Positions 27,808-38,268 are shown, numbered from the stretch's first letter. The stretch is 64,000 nucleotides of DNA from an uncultured Desulfobacter sp. (GCA_963665095.1 OY762069.1:320001-384000), one strand, 5' to 3'. A program made the numbers and translations. The notes: generated by a model from the sequence alone, not told the origin.

Positions 27808-28056
27808 GTGCCGGGGCGTGTGACCATGCTTGCCCGCCGCACATCCTTAATTGAATATAATGAAATGTACTAACAGAATCATGAGTGAATAAGTTTTTAG
27901 ATATATGCAGTGCCTGTCCACCCCCGGCCTTTTATCCCAATTTCAGGCCTGGGGATCCGACCGGGATGGGCGCTGTTTTGCAGGGCATACCCCTCCATGC
28001 AATGCAATCTTTGATTGCATACATGCCCTGTAACCACTGAGCGCTCCTGCTTGCCT

Positions 28057-28106
28057 CAGACAGAAAAACCCGGACGGCCGTCAGGCCGTCCGGGTTTTTC
28101 TGTCTG
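28057..28106. terminator. Bidirectional terminator, perfect 23-bp hairpin
   Basis: CAGACAGAAAAACCCGGACGGCC-GTCA-GGCCGTCCGGGTTTTTCTGTCTG between convergent genes. Confidence 0.85.
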
Positions 28107-28126
28107 GGGTTTTGGGGGCTTTGAGA

Positions 28127-29422
28127 TCAGGCGACTTTGTTAAGGGTCTCTTTTGCGATGTCAAAAACTTTCGGATTAAAGCGCGATGCCAGGGCCGATA
28201 GCAGCAGGTCCTTGGTCAGGAACAACTCCTTTTGAGCCAGGATGCCTAAGGAGGCAAGTGCCCAGTCCGGCTTGCTGATTTTCAATGCCTTGAAATCAAT
28301 TTCTTCCACATGGGCCGGCGTGTCCGGAATGTCTACGCTTTTTTCTTTGAGAACAAAGGCATCGGGCCGCAATGTGGCAAATATTTTTTTCCTGCGGGCC
28401 ACGCCCTCATCACTCAATGCCAGGACCACGCCCGGGGATTCAAGGCCTGTGTACCCGATGGGCTCTGGGCTGAGAAGGATTTCAGATACAGACTGGCCCC
28501 TGAGCACTGTGATATTGTAGTCATTTTTAATGGTAGCATTAAAGCCTGCCCCAATACCGGCATAGCAGACAATATCCCCGGCTGTGACAATGCGCATGCC
28601 TGCAGAGCCTAAAATAACAATTTCCCAGCGCCGGCTCTCTTTGGGCTCATACTGCTTTTCAATGATCAATGGTTCTGGGAATTTTGTTTTTTGGGCTGCC
28701 AGGGCGCGATAGCGATCACCGTATTCAGGCCGCGCATTTTCCGGGACCACGCCGCCTTCAGGAGGTGCTGCCGCAATCATCTCGTCAATGGCTTTGGGCG
28801 TCAACTTGTTGCGTTTGGTGTACCGGCCTGTGCAAAGCCCTAAGGTTTCCACAACGGAAAAGCCTTTGTGCAGAATGGCCCGTTCAATTTCAGCGGACAG
28901 ATCCGGGTCCATGCCCGAGTACCGGGAGACATAGGTGGCGCCGGCTGCCTTGGCGATTTTGCAGATATCAATGGGCTTTTCCGCCTGGTTCAGGAATTCG
29001 GATCCCACCACAGCATCCTCAGGGGTGGTGGCAGAATACTGGCCGCCGGTCATGCCGAAATTGAAGTTGTTCAGAATCAGAAGGGTGATGTCCAGATTTT
29101 TCCGACAGGCAGACAGCACATGGGCACCGCCGATACCAAGACCACCGTCTCCCATGGTGACGATCACGGTTAAAGAGGGATCGGCCAGTTTCAGTCCGGA
29201 CGCATAGGTCAATGCTCTGCCGTGAACCCCGTGCAGGGCATGGACATTGAAAAAGGTATCAAACAGGCCGGAGCAGCCAATGTCCGTTACAATCACCGTT
29301 TTGGCAGGGTCAAGGCCCATGTTGACAAAGGTTTTGTCAAGGCTTTTGGTGATCCGCTCGTGGGTACAGCCCGGGCAGAACACCGGGGGACGGTTTTCAT
29401 TTAAAAAACTACTCATTTTCAA
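28127..29422 (-). CDS. 2-oxoacid:ferredoxin oxidoreductase, fused beta (TPP-binding) and gamma subunit
   Basis: FCPGC, DIGCS, HGRA, GDGG...NNFNFGMTGGQ.S.TTP, then gamma-like GSAGMRIV...RGQSVSEI. Confidence 0.9.
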   Translation of the reverse strand: MKMSSFLNENRPPVFCPGCTHERITKSLDKTFVNMGLDPAKTVIVTDIGCSGLFDTFFNVHALHGVHGRALTYASGLKLADPSLTVIVTMGDGGLGIGGAHVLSACRKNLDITLLILNNFNFGMTGGQYSATTPEDAVVGSEFLNQAEKPIDICKIAKAAGATYVSRYSGMDPDLSAEIERAILHKGFSVVETLGLCTGRYTKRNKLTPKAIDEMIAAAPPEGGVVPENARPEYGDRYRALAAQKTKFPEPLIIEKQYEPKESRRWEIVILGSAGMRIVTAGDIVCYAGIGAGFNATIKNDYNITVLRGQSVSEILLSPEPIGYTGLESPGVVLALSDEGVARRKKIFATLRPDAFVLKEKSVDIPDTPAHVEEIDFKALKISKPDWALASLGILAQKELFLTKDLLLSALASRFNPKVFDIAKETLNKVA

Positions 29423-30524
29423 TGGCCTCCATAATCTTTGCCGGCGGAATCAATACCCCGTTCATTTGTCCGTAAAAATCAACTTTTTTGCCTGACAGGA
29501 TGCGGCGGATATCATTGACATACTGTCCAAGATTCATCTCCACCACCAGGATGCGGGAGAAGCGCCGGGCGGCATCTGTCAGCACTTTTTCCGGTACAGG
29601 ATAAAGGGTTTTCAAGGAGAGCGTGGATACTGGTCTGCCTTTTTCAGCCATGGCCTTTGCGGCATCATCCACAGCCCGGCTGGTAATACCGTAGGAAATC
29701 ACCAGGGTATCGGCATCAGGGATCAGATTCTCTTCATACAGGGCAATTTCGTTTCTGTATAATTGTATTTTATTTCTCAGGCGGTTCTGAACTGCAGCAA
29801 TGGCATCCGGGTCAATGGTGATATATCCGTCTTCACCATGGGTGGATGACGTCTGACGGACTAGCTGCGGGCTTCCGATGGGAAGAAAGGGCGGGGCTTT
29901 ATCCGGGTCCGCTGCAAAGGGAATATAGTTTTTCCCTTCAAACCGTGTCCGTTCAATTTTTTCCGGCAGGACCAGGGCGTCCATGTCAAAACTCTCTTTG
30001 GTCATGCCGATTTCCTTGTTGGATGCCACAAATACGGGACAGCGGAATCGTTCAGCATAGTTGAAAGCGGTATATGTCAGGGTGTAACAGTCCCGTACAT
30101 CTTTGGGTGCCAGCACAATCACCGGTACCCCGGAAGTGGAGCCCCAGCGCATAAACTGAATGTCTGAGTCCGCGCCACGGGTGGCAGACCCTGTGGATGG
30201 CCCTAACCGCTGGACATCGGCAATCACCAGGGGAATCTCACTGCCGATGGCAAAGGATATATGTTCCGAATACAGACTGATACCGGGACCGGAGGTGGCG
30301 GTCAGTGCCTTTTTCCCGGCCATGGACGCACCGATGCAATACCCCATGGAGGCAATTTCATCTTCCCCCTGAATGCAGATGCCGCCAGTGGGTGGCAGCA
30401 TTTTGAGCATACTGTTAAAGATCGTGGTGGCCGGGGTGATGGGATACCCTGCAAAAAAATTGCAGCCCGCAGCGATGGCCCCCCTGGCAACGGCTTCATT
30501 GCCTTCCATGAATGCTAACGCCAT
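29409..30524 (-). CDS. 2-oxoacid:ferredoxin oxidoreductase alpha subunit
   Basis: GNEAVARGA, AGYPITPAT, EDEIAS, TATSGPG, QRLGPSTG, VEMNLGQ. Confidence 0.93.
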   Translation of the reverse strand: MALAFMEGNEAVARGAIAAGCNFFAGYPITPATTIFNSMLKMLPPTGGICIQGEDEIASMGYCIGASMAGKKALTATSGPGISLYSEHISFAIGSEIPLVIADVQRLGPSTGSATRGADSDIQFMRWGSTSGVPVIVLAPKDVRDCYTLTYTAFNYAERFRCPVFVASNKEIGMTKESFDMDALVLPEKIERTRFEGKNYIPFAADPDKAPPFLPIGSPQLVRQTSSTHGEDGYITIDPDAIAAVQNRLRNKIQLYRNEIALYEENLIPDADTLVISYGITSRAVDDAAKAMAEKGRPVSTLSLKTLYPVPEKVLTDAARRFSRILVVEMNLGQYVNDIRRILSGKKVDFYGQMNGVLIPPAKIMEAIENE

Positions 30525-30567
30525 TTTTTACTCCTTGAATCTTCGATGTTAATGCATTAATTATTTA

Positions 30568-30581
30568 ATCAAATATTTGAT
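30568..30581. promoter_or_regulatory. Palindromic operator, likely for the adjacent GntR regulator
   Basis: Perfect palindrome ATCAAATATTTGAT in the divergent intergenic region. Confidence 0.5.
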
Positions 30582-30726
30582 CAGATAATAAGGGTGTTTA
30601 CCTGTAAACCCAGTATTTGTCAAGGAATAAGCAAATAAATTTGTATGGTTTTTCAATGCAAATTTGGATAAAACAAGGGTGAAATTCGTTGCTTTTCACC
30701 CGCTGTTAGTATATTGAAGGAGGGCT

Positions 30727-31416
30727 ATGGGAACAAAATCAAAAAGATCAAAAGAGGACTTCACCCGGGAGGCTTACAACGGCATCCGGCAGATGTTTTT
30801 TTTAAACGAGATCATCCCGGGTCAGAAAATTTCTTACGGGGATCTGGCCAAGCGGCTGAACATGAGTACGACGCCTGTTATTCAGGCACTGAAGCGCCTT
30901 GAATTCCAGGGCCTTGTCCGCCATGAGCCCAATCGGGGATATTATACGGAAAACATCAGCCTGGAAGAGGTCACGGAAATTTATGATTTCAGAGAGCTGA
31001 TTGAGTTGTCCCTCCTGCCGGGTACCATTGCCGGCATGACAAAAACCAAGCTTAGAAAATTGAAAAAAGCCCTGGACAACCACCTGGATGCAGTCCGGGA
31101 TGTGTTTTTAAAAGACCGGCTGGTGGCGGACATGGTGTTTCACATGACCCTTGCCGAACTTTCCGGCAACCGTATCAGGATCTCAACCCTTAAGGATCTG
31201 TTTGATCTGCTCTACCTGAAATACCGCGGGAATATTCTTTTTGTCACGCCCATGGAGATGGTGGATGCTGAGCATATCGAGCTCTATGACCACATTGCTG
31301 CGGGCAACCTTGAAGGCGCCCAAAAAGTTTTAAGCTCTCACATTGCCAATGTCCGAAAGCACGCCGTTCTCAGCATTGAGCGCATGAACCGCGAAAAAAG
31401 TCTTAAAAAAATCTGA
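30727..31416 (+). CDS. GntR-family regulator (FCD domain)
   Basis: PGQKISYGDLAKRLNMSTTPVIQAL..L...G; D..FH..LAELSGN; EHIELYD. Confidence 0.92.
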   Translation: MGTKSKRSKEDFTREAYNGIRQMFFLNEIIPGQKISYGDLAKRLNMSTTPVIQALKRLEFQGLVRHEPNRGYYTENISLEEVTEIYDFRELIELSLLPGTIAGMTKTKLRKLKKALDNHLDAVRDVFLKDRLVADMVFHMTLAELSGNRIRISTLKDLFDLLYLKYRGNILFVTPMEMVDAEHIELYDHIAAGNLEGAQKVLSSHIANVRKHAVLSIERMNREKSLKKI

Positions 31417-31495
31417 TAAACCGTTTTCCGGTCCTATAGGCCTTTAAAATATAGACCGTTAACATCAATATCAAAACAGACTGACCAAAAAGTGT

Positions 31496-31554
31496 GTTTG
31501 GACGCAAACTTGCCCCGTATGCAAGCCGCATATGGGGCAAGTTTGCGTCCAAAC
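31496..31554. terminator. 27-bp-arm hairpin between convergent genes
   Basis: GTTTGGACGCAAACTTGCCCCGTATGC-AAGCC-GCATATGGGGCAAGTTTGCGTCCAAAC (one G/T pair). Confidence 0.7.
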
Positions 31555-31570
31555 GTTTTTCAGCCAAACG

Positions 31571-33394
31571 TTATTCCGATAGTTCGAGCCAGTCAAACCA
31601 GATGGTATAGTTCTCCTTATACCAGGCCAGAATTTCTTTTAGCATCTCCTGCTTTTCCAAAGAGATGGTGCCGTCGGCCATCTGGTCAAACCGCACCACT
31701 ACTTTATCCCCGAAATGTTCAAGTGCTTCGGTGCAAAGCGTCTGGAGTTCATTACGGATTCTTCCTGAGTCTGAAATTTTAACGGCCCGGTTTCTAAAGT
31801 CTTCACCTTTGAAAAAACGGTTAAGCAACGGAGAGAAGATCAGTTTGCTCTGCTTTAACGGTTCCACCAGGCGCAGGGCAAAGGTAATTGCCTTGTCCCC
31901 GAATTCCGATGTGACCCGCACAGTAACTTCCCAGGTGTCCTCGCTGATCTGCCGGACGCCTTCTGCACCGCTGTAAGGATCGGGCAGCATGTATCCGGAT
32001 ACGGCCAGGGTTTGCCATTTTTTAGCGGCAATGAGATCTGACGCGTTGATGGTACGCGGTTTCAAGGGGATCCCTGCATTTTTAGCATCAAGGATACTGT
32101 TGCGGTAAACGTCAACCATATCAGGGGGCATCTTGGATTCAAACAGCTTCTGTTCAAGGATGAGGGGGAAGTTGTTGTCTTCAGGGTCCAGTTTCATAGC
32201 AGCTGCATCCTTTTCATAGGAGAGCTTGAATTTGGAGGAGAGAACGGCCAGGGAAACATCCAGGCCCAGAATACCGGAAAGGCTGGCCGCCTGCATGGCT
32301 TCAGCTGATGCCGCATATCCGTCCACCACCAGCAGGTGGGTGGCACCGGCCTCATCTGTCCAGGGTTTTACCGAAAAGGTCGGGGCATAGGTGCCGGAAT
32401 CGGTGAAAGGTGCAATGCCTGTGGGAAGGGTCCAGGTGTCATCAATGAGATGTGCACCGGCAAGGCGCCACTGCTCCCAGATTTTTCCAATCCGTTCCCG
32501 CCGTGCTTCTCCTGTCAGGGTCCAGATATGAACATTTTCGGGTAGAATAGCGGGGTAGGTCTGCCGGATGGCATCCATGACCATGCTTCTCGGGGTGAAG
32601 TAGTTCACCAGAATGGAGTTGTATGCTGCTGTCTCCACCACCGGTTCCGGCAGCACCAGGCAGCCCATGTATCCCTCGTACTGGTCGCTGATGATCAGGG
32701 GCTGGTCAAACAGGTGGAATACACTCATGGGGCCGGTGGGCTCGCCCTTGGCAAATCTGGACGTATTCTCAAGGGTGTCAATGGCTGCCCCCCACACGGT
32801 AATGTCCCGTTTCTGAATATCCCGTGAAAAATTATTCCAGGCATATTCCGGATCATTAATAAGGCGCAGCACCCGGTCTTCAAGAAACTTGGCCACCTGG
32901 GGCCGGGCATAAATCCGGCCGAACCCCAGAAGGGGATTGGCCCCCATTTCTGCAGTTTCCCCGGCCTTTGGCATGAGCCCCTCGCCGAGACAGACCATGA
33001 TGGCATGGTTTTCAGGCAGGGTGCGGGACAGATACCACAGGCTTTCGCTCATGGCATAGGCGGAAATGGCGTCCGCATCTTTTTTGACAAAATTAAGCTC
33101 TTTTTTAGCCAGTCCCTTTCCTTCCCCGTACCGGCCGAACAGGCGGGTACCCAGGGCTGTCACAGCAGCCGTCACCGCAAGCATCTTTTCTGTGCGGCCA
33201 TCTGTAAAAGAGACCGCATCCATATGACGGCGTTTGATTTTTCTTGCAGACTCGTCACTGAACCACTGGATACGAACATCCTCCAGCCAGAGGTGAAACC
33301 GGCCCAGAATAGGGCGGGTGTCAAATGCCCATTGGGAGATTAAATTTCTTTTCTGTACTTCAGACAGTGACGTGTTTTTCCTTGAATCAGGCAT
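31571..33394 (-). CDS. Divergent GlpX (class II fructose-1,6-bisphosphatase)-like protein with extensions
   Basis: KKDADAISAYAM, LGEGLMPK, AIDTLENT resemble the GlpX K..AD..A..AM, IGEGE and VDPLEGT motifs; 607 aa. Confidence 0.6.
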   Translation of the reverse strand: MPDSRKNTSLSEVQKRNLISQWAFDTRPILGRFHLWLEDVRIQWFSDESARKIKRRHMDAVSFTDGRTEKMLAVTAAVTALGTRLFGRYGEGKGLAKKELNFVKKDADAISAYAMSESLWYLSRTLPENHAIMVCLGEGLMPKAGETAEMGANPLLGFGRIYARPQVAKFLEDRVLRLINDPEYAWNNFSRDIQKRDITVWGAAIDTLENTSRFAKGEPTGPMSVFHLFDQPLIISDQYEGYMGCLVLPEPVVETAAYNSILVNYFTPRSMVMDAIRQTYPAILPENVHIWTLTGEARRERIGKIWEQWRLAGAHLIDDTWTLPTGIAPFTDSGTYAPTFSVKPWTDEAGATHLLVVDGYAASAEAMQAASLSGILGLDVSLAVLSSKFKLSYEKDAAAMKLDPEDNNFPLILEQKLFESKMPPDMVDVYRNSILDAKNAGIPLKPRTINASDLIAAKKWQTLAVSGYMLPDPYSGAEGVRQISEDTWEVTVRVTSEFGDKAITFALRLVEPLKQSKLIFSPLLNRFFKGEDFRNRAVKISDSGRIRNELQTLCTEALEHFGDKVVVRFDQMADGTISLEKQEMLKEILAWYKENYTIWFDWLELSE

Positions 33395-33544
33395 GGTATC
33401 AGCTCCCGTCGTCTTTGAATCCGCCCGTTTATGGATATTTGAATATGGGCTGATTTATCATTTCCAAAGAAAACATGTCAAGCTTTGCTGGACATATACT
33501 CAAAGAGGTTGTCTTAAACCCCGGCCTTGGGTATTGTGACCCCT

Positions 33545-36079
33545 ATGAATTTGAGATCAGATAACGCCTTTGACACAGGGCACATCAATGAACGCCTTAA
33601 AGGTGTCGTGGACCGGGTTACGTTTCATAATCCGGATAATGGCTGGTCTGTGCTCAAGGTGCTTCCCTTTGACACCCCCGGGGCACGGGAGACCGTGGTG
33701 GTCCACCAGACAAAAGTATTTGCCGGTGCCACCATGGAGTTTGAAGGGGCCTGGACCATGCACCCGAAATTCGGCCGGCAGTTCAAGGCGGTCCATGCCA
33801 GGGAACAGAAACCAGCCACGGCAGGCGCTCTGGAAAAGTATCTGGGTTCCGGCCTGATCAAAGGGGTTGGCCCCAAGACCGCCAAAAAAATTGTGGCATT
33901 TTTTGGGGCACAGACCCTGGATGTTTTTGAAACAGATATTTCCCGTCTGATTGAAGTTCCGGGTATTGCAGAAAAAAAACTTCAGATGATTTCCAAGGCC
34001 TGGCAGGAGCACAAGTCCATCCGGGAGGTGATGATGTTTCTGCAGTCCCACGGCATATCCACGCTGTTTTCCGTGCGGATTTACAAGGAATACGGACAGA
34101 ACGCCATTGCCTGGATTACGGAAAACCCCTACCGGCTCGCCGCAGATTTTTTCGGGATTGGTTTTTTCTCCGCAGACAAGGTGGCTTTAAGCATCGGGCT
34201 TGAACATGACAGCCCCCAAAGAATTGTGGCCGGTATCCGACATGTTCTGTCTGCGGCCAGGGAATTTGGCCACTGTTATCTGACAGCACCCCAGATTCAG
34301 GAACAGGTGGAAGGACTTTTAGATCTTGATTTGTCCAAAAAATTAAATGCCATGTTAACAGGCATGGAGGACAATCGTCTTTTGATGCGTCGGGATCTGG
34401 CAGATGATAATGGATGTTTTGTGGCCTGTTATTATGCCCGGTCCCTCTATTTTGATGAAGCCTATGTGGCGAAACGGGTGGCAGACCCCGGGCCTGTCCG
34501 TTCCTTTGACCGAACCCGCATAGACAGGTGGGTGGATCTATACTGCAGCCGATATGAAATAAGCCTTAGCCCTGAACAGGCTGCAGCCGTAAAGGGCGTG
34601 GTTCAGGAGCAGTTTTCCATACTTACCGGCGGGCCCGGGTGCGGGAAAACTACAGCCACCCGGGTGATGGTCCGGCTGCTGGAGGCCATGGGTCTGAAGG
34701 TGACGCTGGCAGCTCCTACGGGCCGGGCAGCCCAACGCATGAGTGAAGTGATTGGAAAATCAGCCAAAACCATCCACCGGCTTTTGGGCTGGAAGGCCCA
34801 GGGGTTCAAAAAAAACGAAAAAAATCAGCTGAAAACAGACTTTCTGGTGGTGGATGAGTGCTCCATGCTGGACATTAATCTTACGGCATCCCTGCTGAAA
34901 GCCGTACCTTCCGACAGTCAGGTGGTGTTTATCGGGGATTATGACCAGCTGCCGTCAGTGGGGGCCGGCAACGTGTTAAAAGACATTATTGCGTCTAAAA
35001 AAATTCCCTGCTTTCGTCTGACCAAAGTGTTCCGCCAGGCCCGGGCATCATGGATAATCAAGTTTGCCCACCAGATCAACCAGGGAGAAATGCCATGGAT
35101 TAAAAGTCCTTTTAAAAGTCCATCAATCTGGCGGGATGGAACGGACTGCCTGTTTATTGATTCTGATGAAGCCACGAACGAACAACTGGGCTTTATCAAC
35201 CGGGTTAAACGCCTGTATGAGGCATCCGGCATGGAAAGTGCGCTTTCGGCCAGCCAGGGCTCAGATTCCCAGGATCCGGAACAGGAGCGGCTGTTCGAGT
35301 TCCGGGTGGATGAGGCGTGTTCCCCCTGGGAAACTGAAATCCAGGTGCCCAAAAAATTTGCCCACGTTGATCTGACACGCCTGGCTGACACACAGACGCC
35401 GGTGGAAGAGTTGATGGCGGTGGTGGAAAAAGTGCATCCCTGGTCTTCGCTGCATTATGGTCTTTCAGCACTGGATGCGGTGAAAAAACTCTATCTGGAA
35501 TGGATCCCCAAATACCTGGGGCAGGATGCGGAAATTCAGATTCTTTCTCCCATGACCCGGGGAAGCCTTGGCACCAGATCGTTGAACAGTGAAATCCAGG
35601 AGCACTTTAATCCAATGAGCCAGGGCAAGGCACAGCTGACAGTCGGGCAAAGAGTCTTCAGGACCGGGGACCGGGTTATCCACCGGAAAAACAATTATGA
35701 TTTAGGGGTGTTTAACGGGGATATCGGCATTATTGACCAGATTGATACCATGGATATCACATGCACTGTCAGGTTTCTGCCGGATAACCGGATAGTGCGG
35801 TATCAGCAGGCAGATATCATGGAGCTGGATCTTGCATACGCCATTACCATCCATAAATCCCAGGGCAGCGAATTTGAAGTGGTGATTATTCCGGTCCTGA
35901 CCCAGCACTTTAAAATGCTCTTCCGTAACCTGATCTACACAGGAATTACGCGGGCGAAAAGGCTGGCTGTATTTGTGGGTACCCGCAGGGCTTTGGCCAT
36001 GGCGGTAAAAAACAAAGACATCAGCCACAGGCAAACAGCGCTGAGAGCCTTGCTATCCGGGGAAATCAACCATTTATAA
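33545..36079 (+). CDS. recD2: RecD2-family SF1B DNA helicase
   Basis: N-terminal OB and HhH (IKGVGPKTA), Walker A GGPGCGKT, VVDECSM, GDYDQLPSVG, YAITIHKSQGSE, YTGITRAK. Confidence 0.93.
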   Translation: MNLRSDNAFDTGHINERLKGVVDRVTFHNPDNGWSVLKVLPFDTPGARETVVVHQTKVFAGATMEFEGAWTMHPKFGRQFKAVHAREQKPATAGALEKYLGSGLIKGVGPKTAKKIVAFFGAQTLDVFETDISRLIEVPGIAEKKLQMISKAWQEHKSIREVMMFLQSHGISTLFSVRIYKEYGQNAIAWITENPYRLAADFFGIGFFSADKVALSIGLEHDSPQRIVAGIRHVLSAAREFGHCYLTAPQIQEQVEGLLDLDLSKKLNAMLTGMEDNRLLMRRDLADDNGCFVACYYARSLYFDEAYVAKRVADPGPVRSFDRTRIDRWVDLYCSRYEISLSPEQAAAVKGVVQEQFSILTGGPGCGKTTATRVMVRLLEAMGLKVTLAAPTGRAAQRMSEVIGKSAKTIHRLLGWKAQGFKKNEKNQLKTDFLVVDECSMLDINLTASLLKAVPSDSQVVFIGDYDQLPSVGAGNVLKDIIASKKIPCFRLTKVFRQARASWIIKFAHQINQGEMPWIKSPFKSPSIWRDGTDCLFIDSDEATNEQLGFINRVKRLYEASGMESALSASQGSDSQDPEQERLFEFRVDEACSPWETEIQVPKKFAHVDLTRLADTQTPVEELMAVVEKVHPWSSLHYGLSALDAVKKLYLEWIPKYLGQDAEIQILSPMTRGSLGTRSLNSEIQEHFNPMSQGKAQLTVGQRVFRTGDRVIHRKNNYDLGVFNGDIGIIDQIDTMDITCTVRFLPDNRIVRYQQADIMELDLAYAITIHKSQGSEFEVVIIPVLTQHFKMLFRNLIYTGITRAKRLAVFVGTRRALAMAVKNKDISHRQTALRALLSGEINHL

Positions 36080-36223
36080 ACAGACATGGATGTAACGTCG
36101 GTGCTGATGTGAAATAGCTGCCTGATACATCGGCTTCTTCCCTGAACTGTGGGCCAGTTTCAGCAAAATTACCGCACCAGTGAAATCAGTCTGCCAGTGA
36201 AATATATTTGACTGACCATAGGG

Positions 36224-36514
36224 TTATAGCGGGGTGTTATTGATCCTGTCTTTAAGTTTGCCTGCACATTTAAAGGTCACCACCCGTCTTTTTTCCAGAA
36301 TCATGGCATCCCCAGTGGCAGGATTTCTTCCTTTTCTCGGAGATTTATCAATTACCTGAAATTTGCCGAATCCGGAGATCATGATGTCCTCACCTGACGC
36401 CAATGTGGATTTTATGATTTCAATGAGGGATTCAAGCACCTCTTTGGCTTCGGATGGATTTTGATTAAATGTCTCAGAAATTTTATCGATAAGTGTGGAT
36501 TTGGTACAGGTCAA
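36224..36514 (-). CDS. Integration host factor alpha / HU-family DNA-binding protein
   Basis: ISGFGKF...RKGRNPATG...RRVVTFK. Confidence 0.92.
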   Translation of the reverse strand: MTCTKSTLIDKISETFNQNPSEAKEVLESLIEIIKSTLASGEDIMISGFGKFQVIDKSPRKGRNPATGDAMILEKRRVVTFKCAGKLKDRINNTPL

Positions 36515-36827
36515 AATATCAGCCTTTTTTTTTCAGTTTTAAGTGATAAAGCTTGAATTATATTAATAGAATTTTTTCAAGAGTCAAGCCATTAGTATTG
36601 TAAAATGAAAACAGATAGCCTAGAATGACCATTCAGAAATGAAACGGATATTCTGTCTATTGATGACAGACAGGCTAAAAGGCCAGAAAGATATACCCTG
36701 AACACTTCGGGAAATGGCCCTGATCAGCTGAATTGTATTGGGGTTTGGAAAGTTGCCGCTGCCCTGTTTTGAACTGCGGAACCGTTGCTTTGATTTGAAT
36801 TGGGATGATTTGAAAGGAGAATGAAAG

Positions 36828-38174
36828 TTGTCATATCAAAAGGAATACAAGCAAAAGCTCAGAAGCGCTGAAGATGCCGTTAAGATCGTTGAGTCCGGAA
36901 ATGTGGTGGATTATGGTTTTTTTAACGGAAAACCCGGGGTCTGTGATCTGGCACTGACTGACAGGGCGGATGAACTGGAGGATGTCTCTATTTTTTCAGC
37001 CGTGACCCTGCCGCCGATTCCCATGGTGGTCACAAAACCGGATTCTTTTACCTACAATGATCTTCAGTTCAGCAAATTGACCCGTATGCTCAAAGAGCAT
37101 CATAAAAATATCTATTACGGTCCGGTGCTCTACCACCTGATTCCGCCGCTGGTGGAAAACGGTCTCGGGCCTGACCGGGACGTGGGCTTTTACCAGGTCT
37201 GCCCCATGGACAAGCATGGCTGGTTCAACCTGGGACCTCAAAATTCCGAAACCCGGGTTAAAATACAGATTGATAAAAAAGTTGTGGTTGAGGTGAATAA
37301 AAGCATGCCGGTATGTTTAGGCGGTGCTGATGAAGCCGTTCATATCTCTGAAATTGACTATATTGTAGAGGCCCCGGATGATCAGGTGCCATTTGCCGCG
37401 GCCCCTGCCGAACCCAGTGATGTAGACCGGCAGATTGCCAATCAGGTCATGCCTTTTATCCAGGACGGCAGCGTGATTCAGTTAGGAATCGGCGGTATGC
37501 CCAATGCTGTGGGCAAGCTGATTGCCGAAAGTGATCTGAAAAATCTGGGCGGGCACACCGAAATGTTTGTGGATGCCTTTGTGGACATGATCGAAGCCGG
37601 CCGGATGAACGGATCCAAAAAGGCCTTTGACCGCCACCGGGTGGCATATACCTTTGCCATCGGCAGCCAGCGCCTCTATGACTTCATGGACAATAATCCG
37701 GCCATTGCCTCCTATCCTGTGACTTATTGCAATGATCCCCGGGTGATCAGTAAACATGATAATTTTGTATCCATTAATAACGCCCTGCAGGTGGATCTGT
37801 ATTCCCAGGTGAATGCCGAGAGCAACGGATTTTCGCAGATATCCGGCAACGGTGGCATGTTTGATTTTGTGCTCGGGTCCCAGTGGTCTAAAAACGGGAA
37901 AAGCTTTATCTGTCTGGCCAGCACGTTCACCGATAAAAAGGGCAATGTAAAATCCCGTATCGTGCCGACATTTAAAGAGGGGTCCATCACCACCATTCCC
38001 CGGCAGATGGTGGATTATCTGGTTACCGAATACGGGGCCGTCCGCATGCACCTTTTGCCAACCTGGCAACGGGCTGAATCCGTGATCAGTCTGGCTCATC
38101 CGGATTTCCGGGATGATCTGATCAAGGCGGCTGAAGTTCAGGGGATCTGGCGCCGGAGCAATAAAAAACTGTAG
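36828..38174 (+). CDS. Acetyl-CoA hydrolase/transferase family (butyryl- or 4-hydroxybutyryl-CoA transferase-like)
   Basis: QLGIGGMPNAVG, GHTEM, SINNALQVDL..QVNAES, ISGNGG..DF, VTEYG. Confidence 0.92.
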   Translation: MSYQKEYKQKLRSAEDAVKIVESGNVVDYGFFNGKPGVCDLALTDRADELEDVSIFSAVTLPPIPMVVTKPDSFTYNDLQFSKLTRMLKEHHKNIYYGPVLYHLIPPLVENGLGPDRDVGFYQVCPMDKHGWFNLGPQNSETRVKIQIDKKVVVEVNKSMPVCLGGADEAVHISEIDYIVEAPDDQVPFAAAPAEPSDVDRQIANQVMPFIQDGSVIQLGIGGMPNAVGKLIAESDLKNLGGHTEMFVDAFVDMIEAGRMNGSKKAFDRHRVAYTFAIGSQRLYDFMDNNPAIASYPVTYCNDPRVISKHDNFVSINNALQVDLYSQVNAESNGFSQISGNGGMFDFVLGSQWSKNGKSFICLASTFTDKKGNVKSRIVPTFKEGSITTIPRQMVDYLVTEYGAVRMHLLPTWQRAESVISLAHPDFRDDLIKAAEVQGIWRRSNKKL

Positions 38175-38224
38175 GCTATATTTAAAATGCCCCTTTTCCG
38201 GGCTAACGAAGTTTTATTAATAAC

Positions 38225-38268
38225 GAAGGCTTTTTAAGTGACATCGCTTAAAAAGCCTTCTTGTTTTA
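38225..38268. terminator. Terminator hairpin between convergent genes
   Basis: GAAGGCTTTTTAAG...CTTAAAAAGCCTTC then TTGTTTT. Confidence 0.75.
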
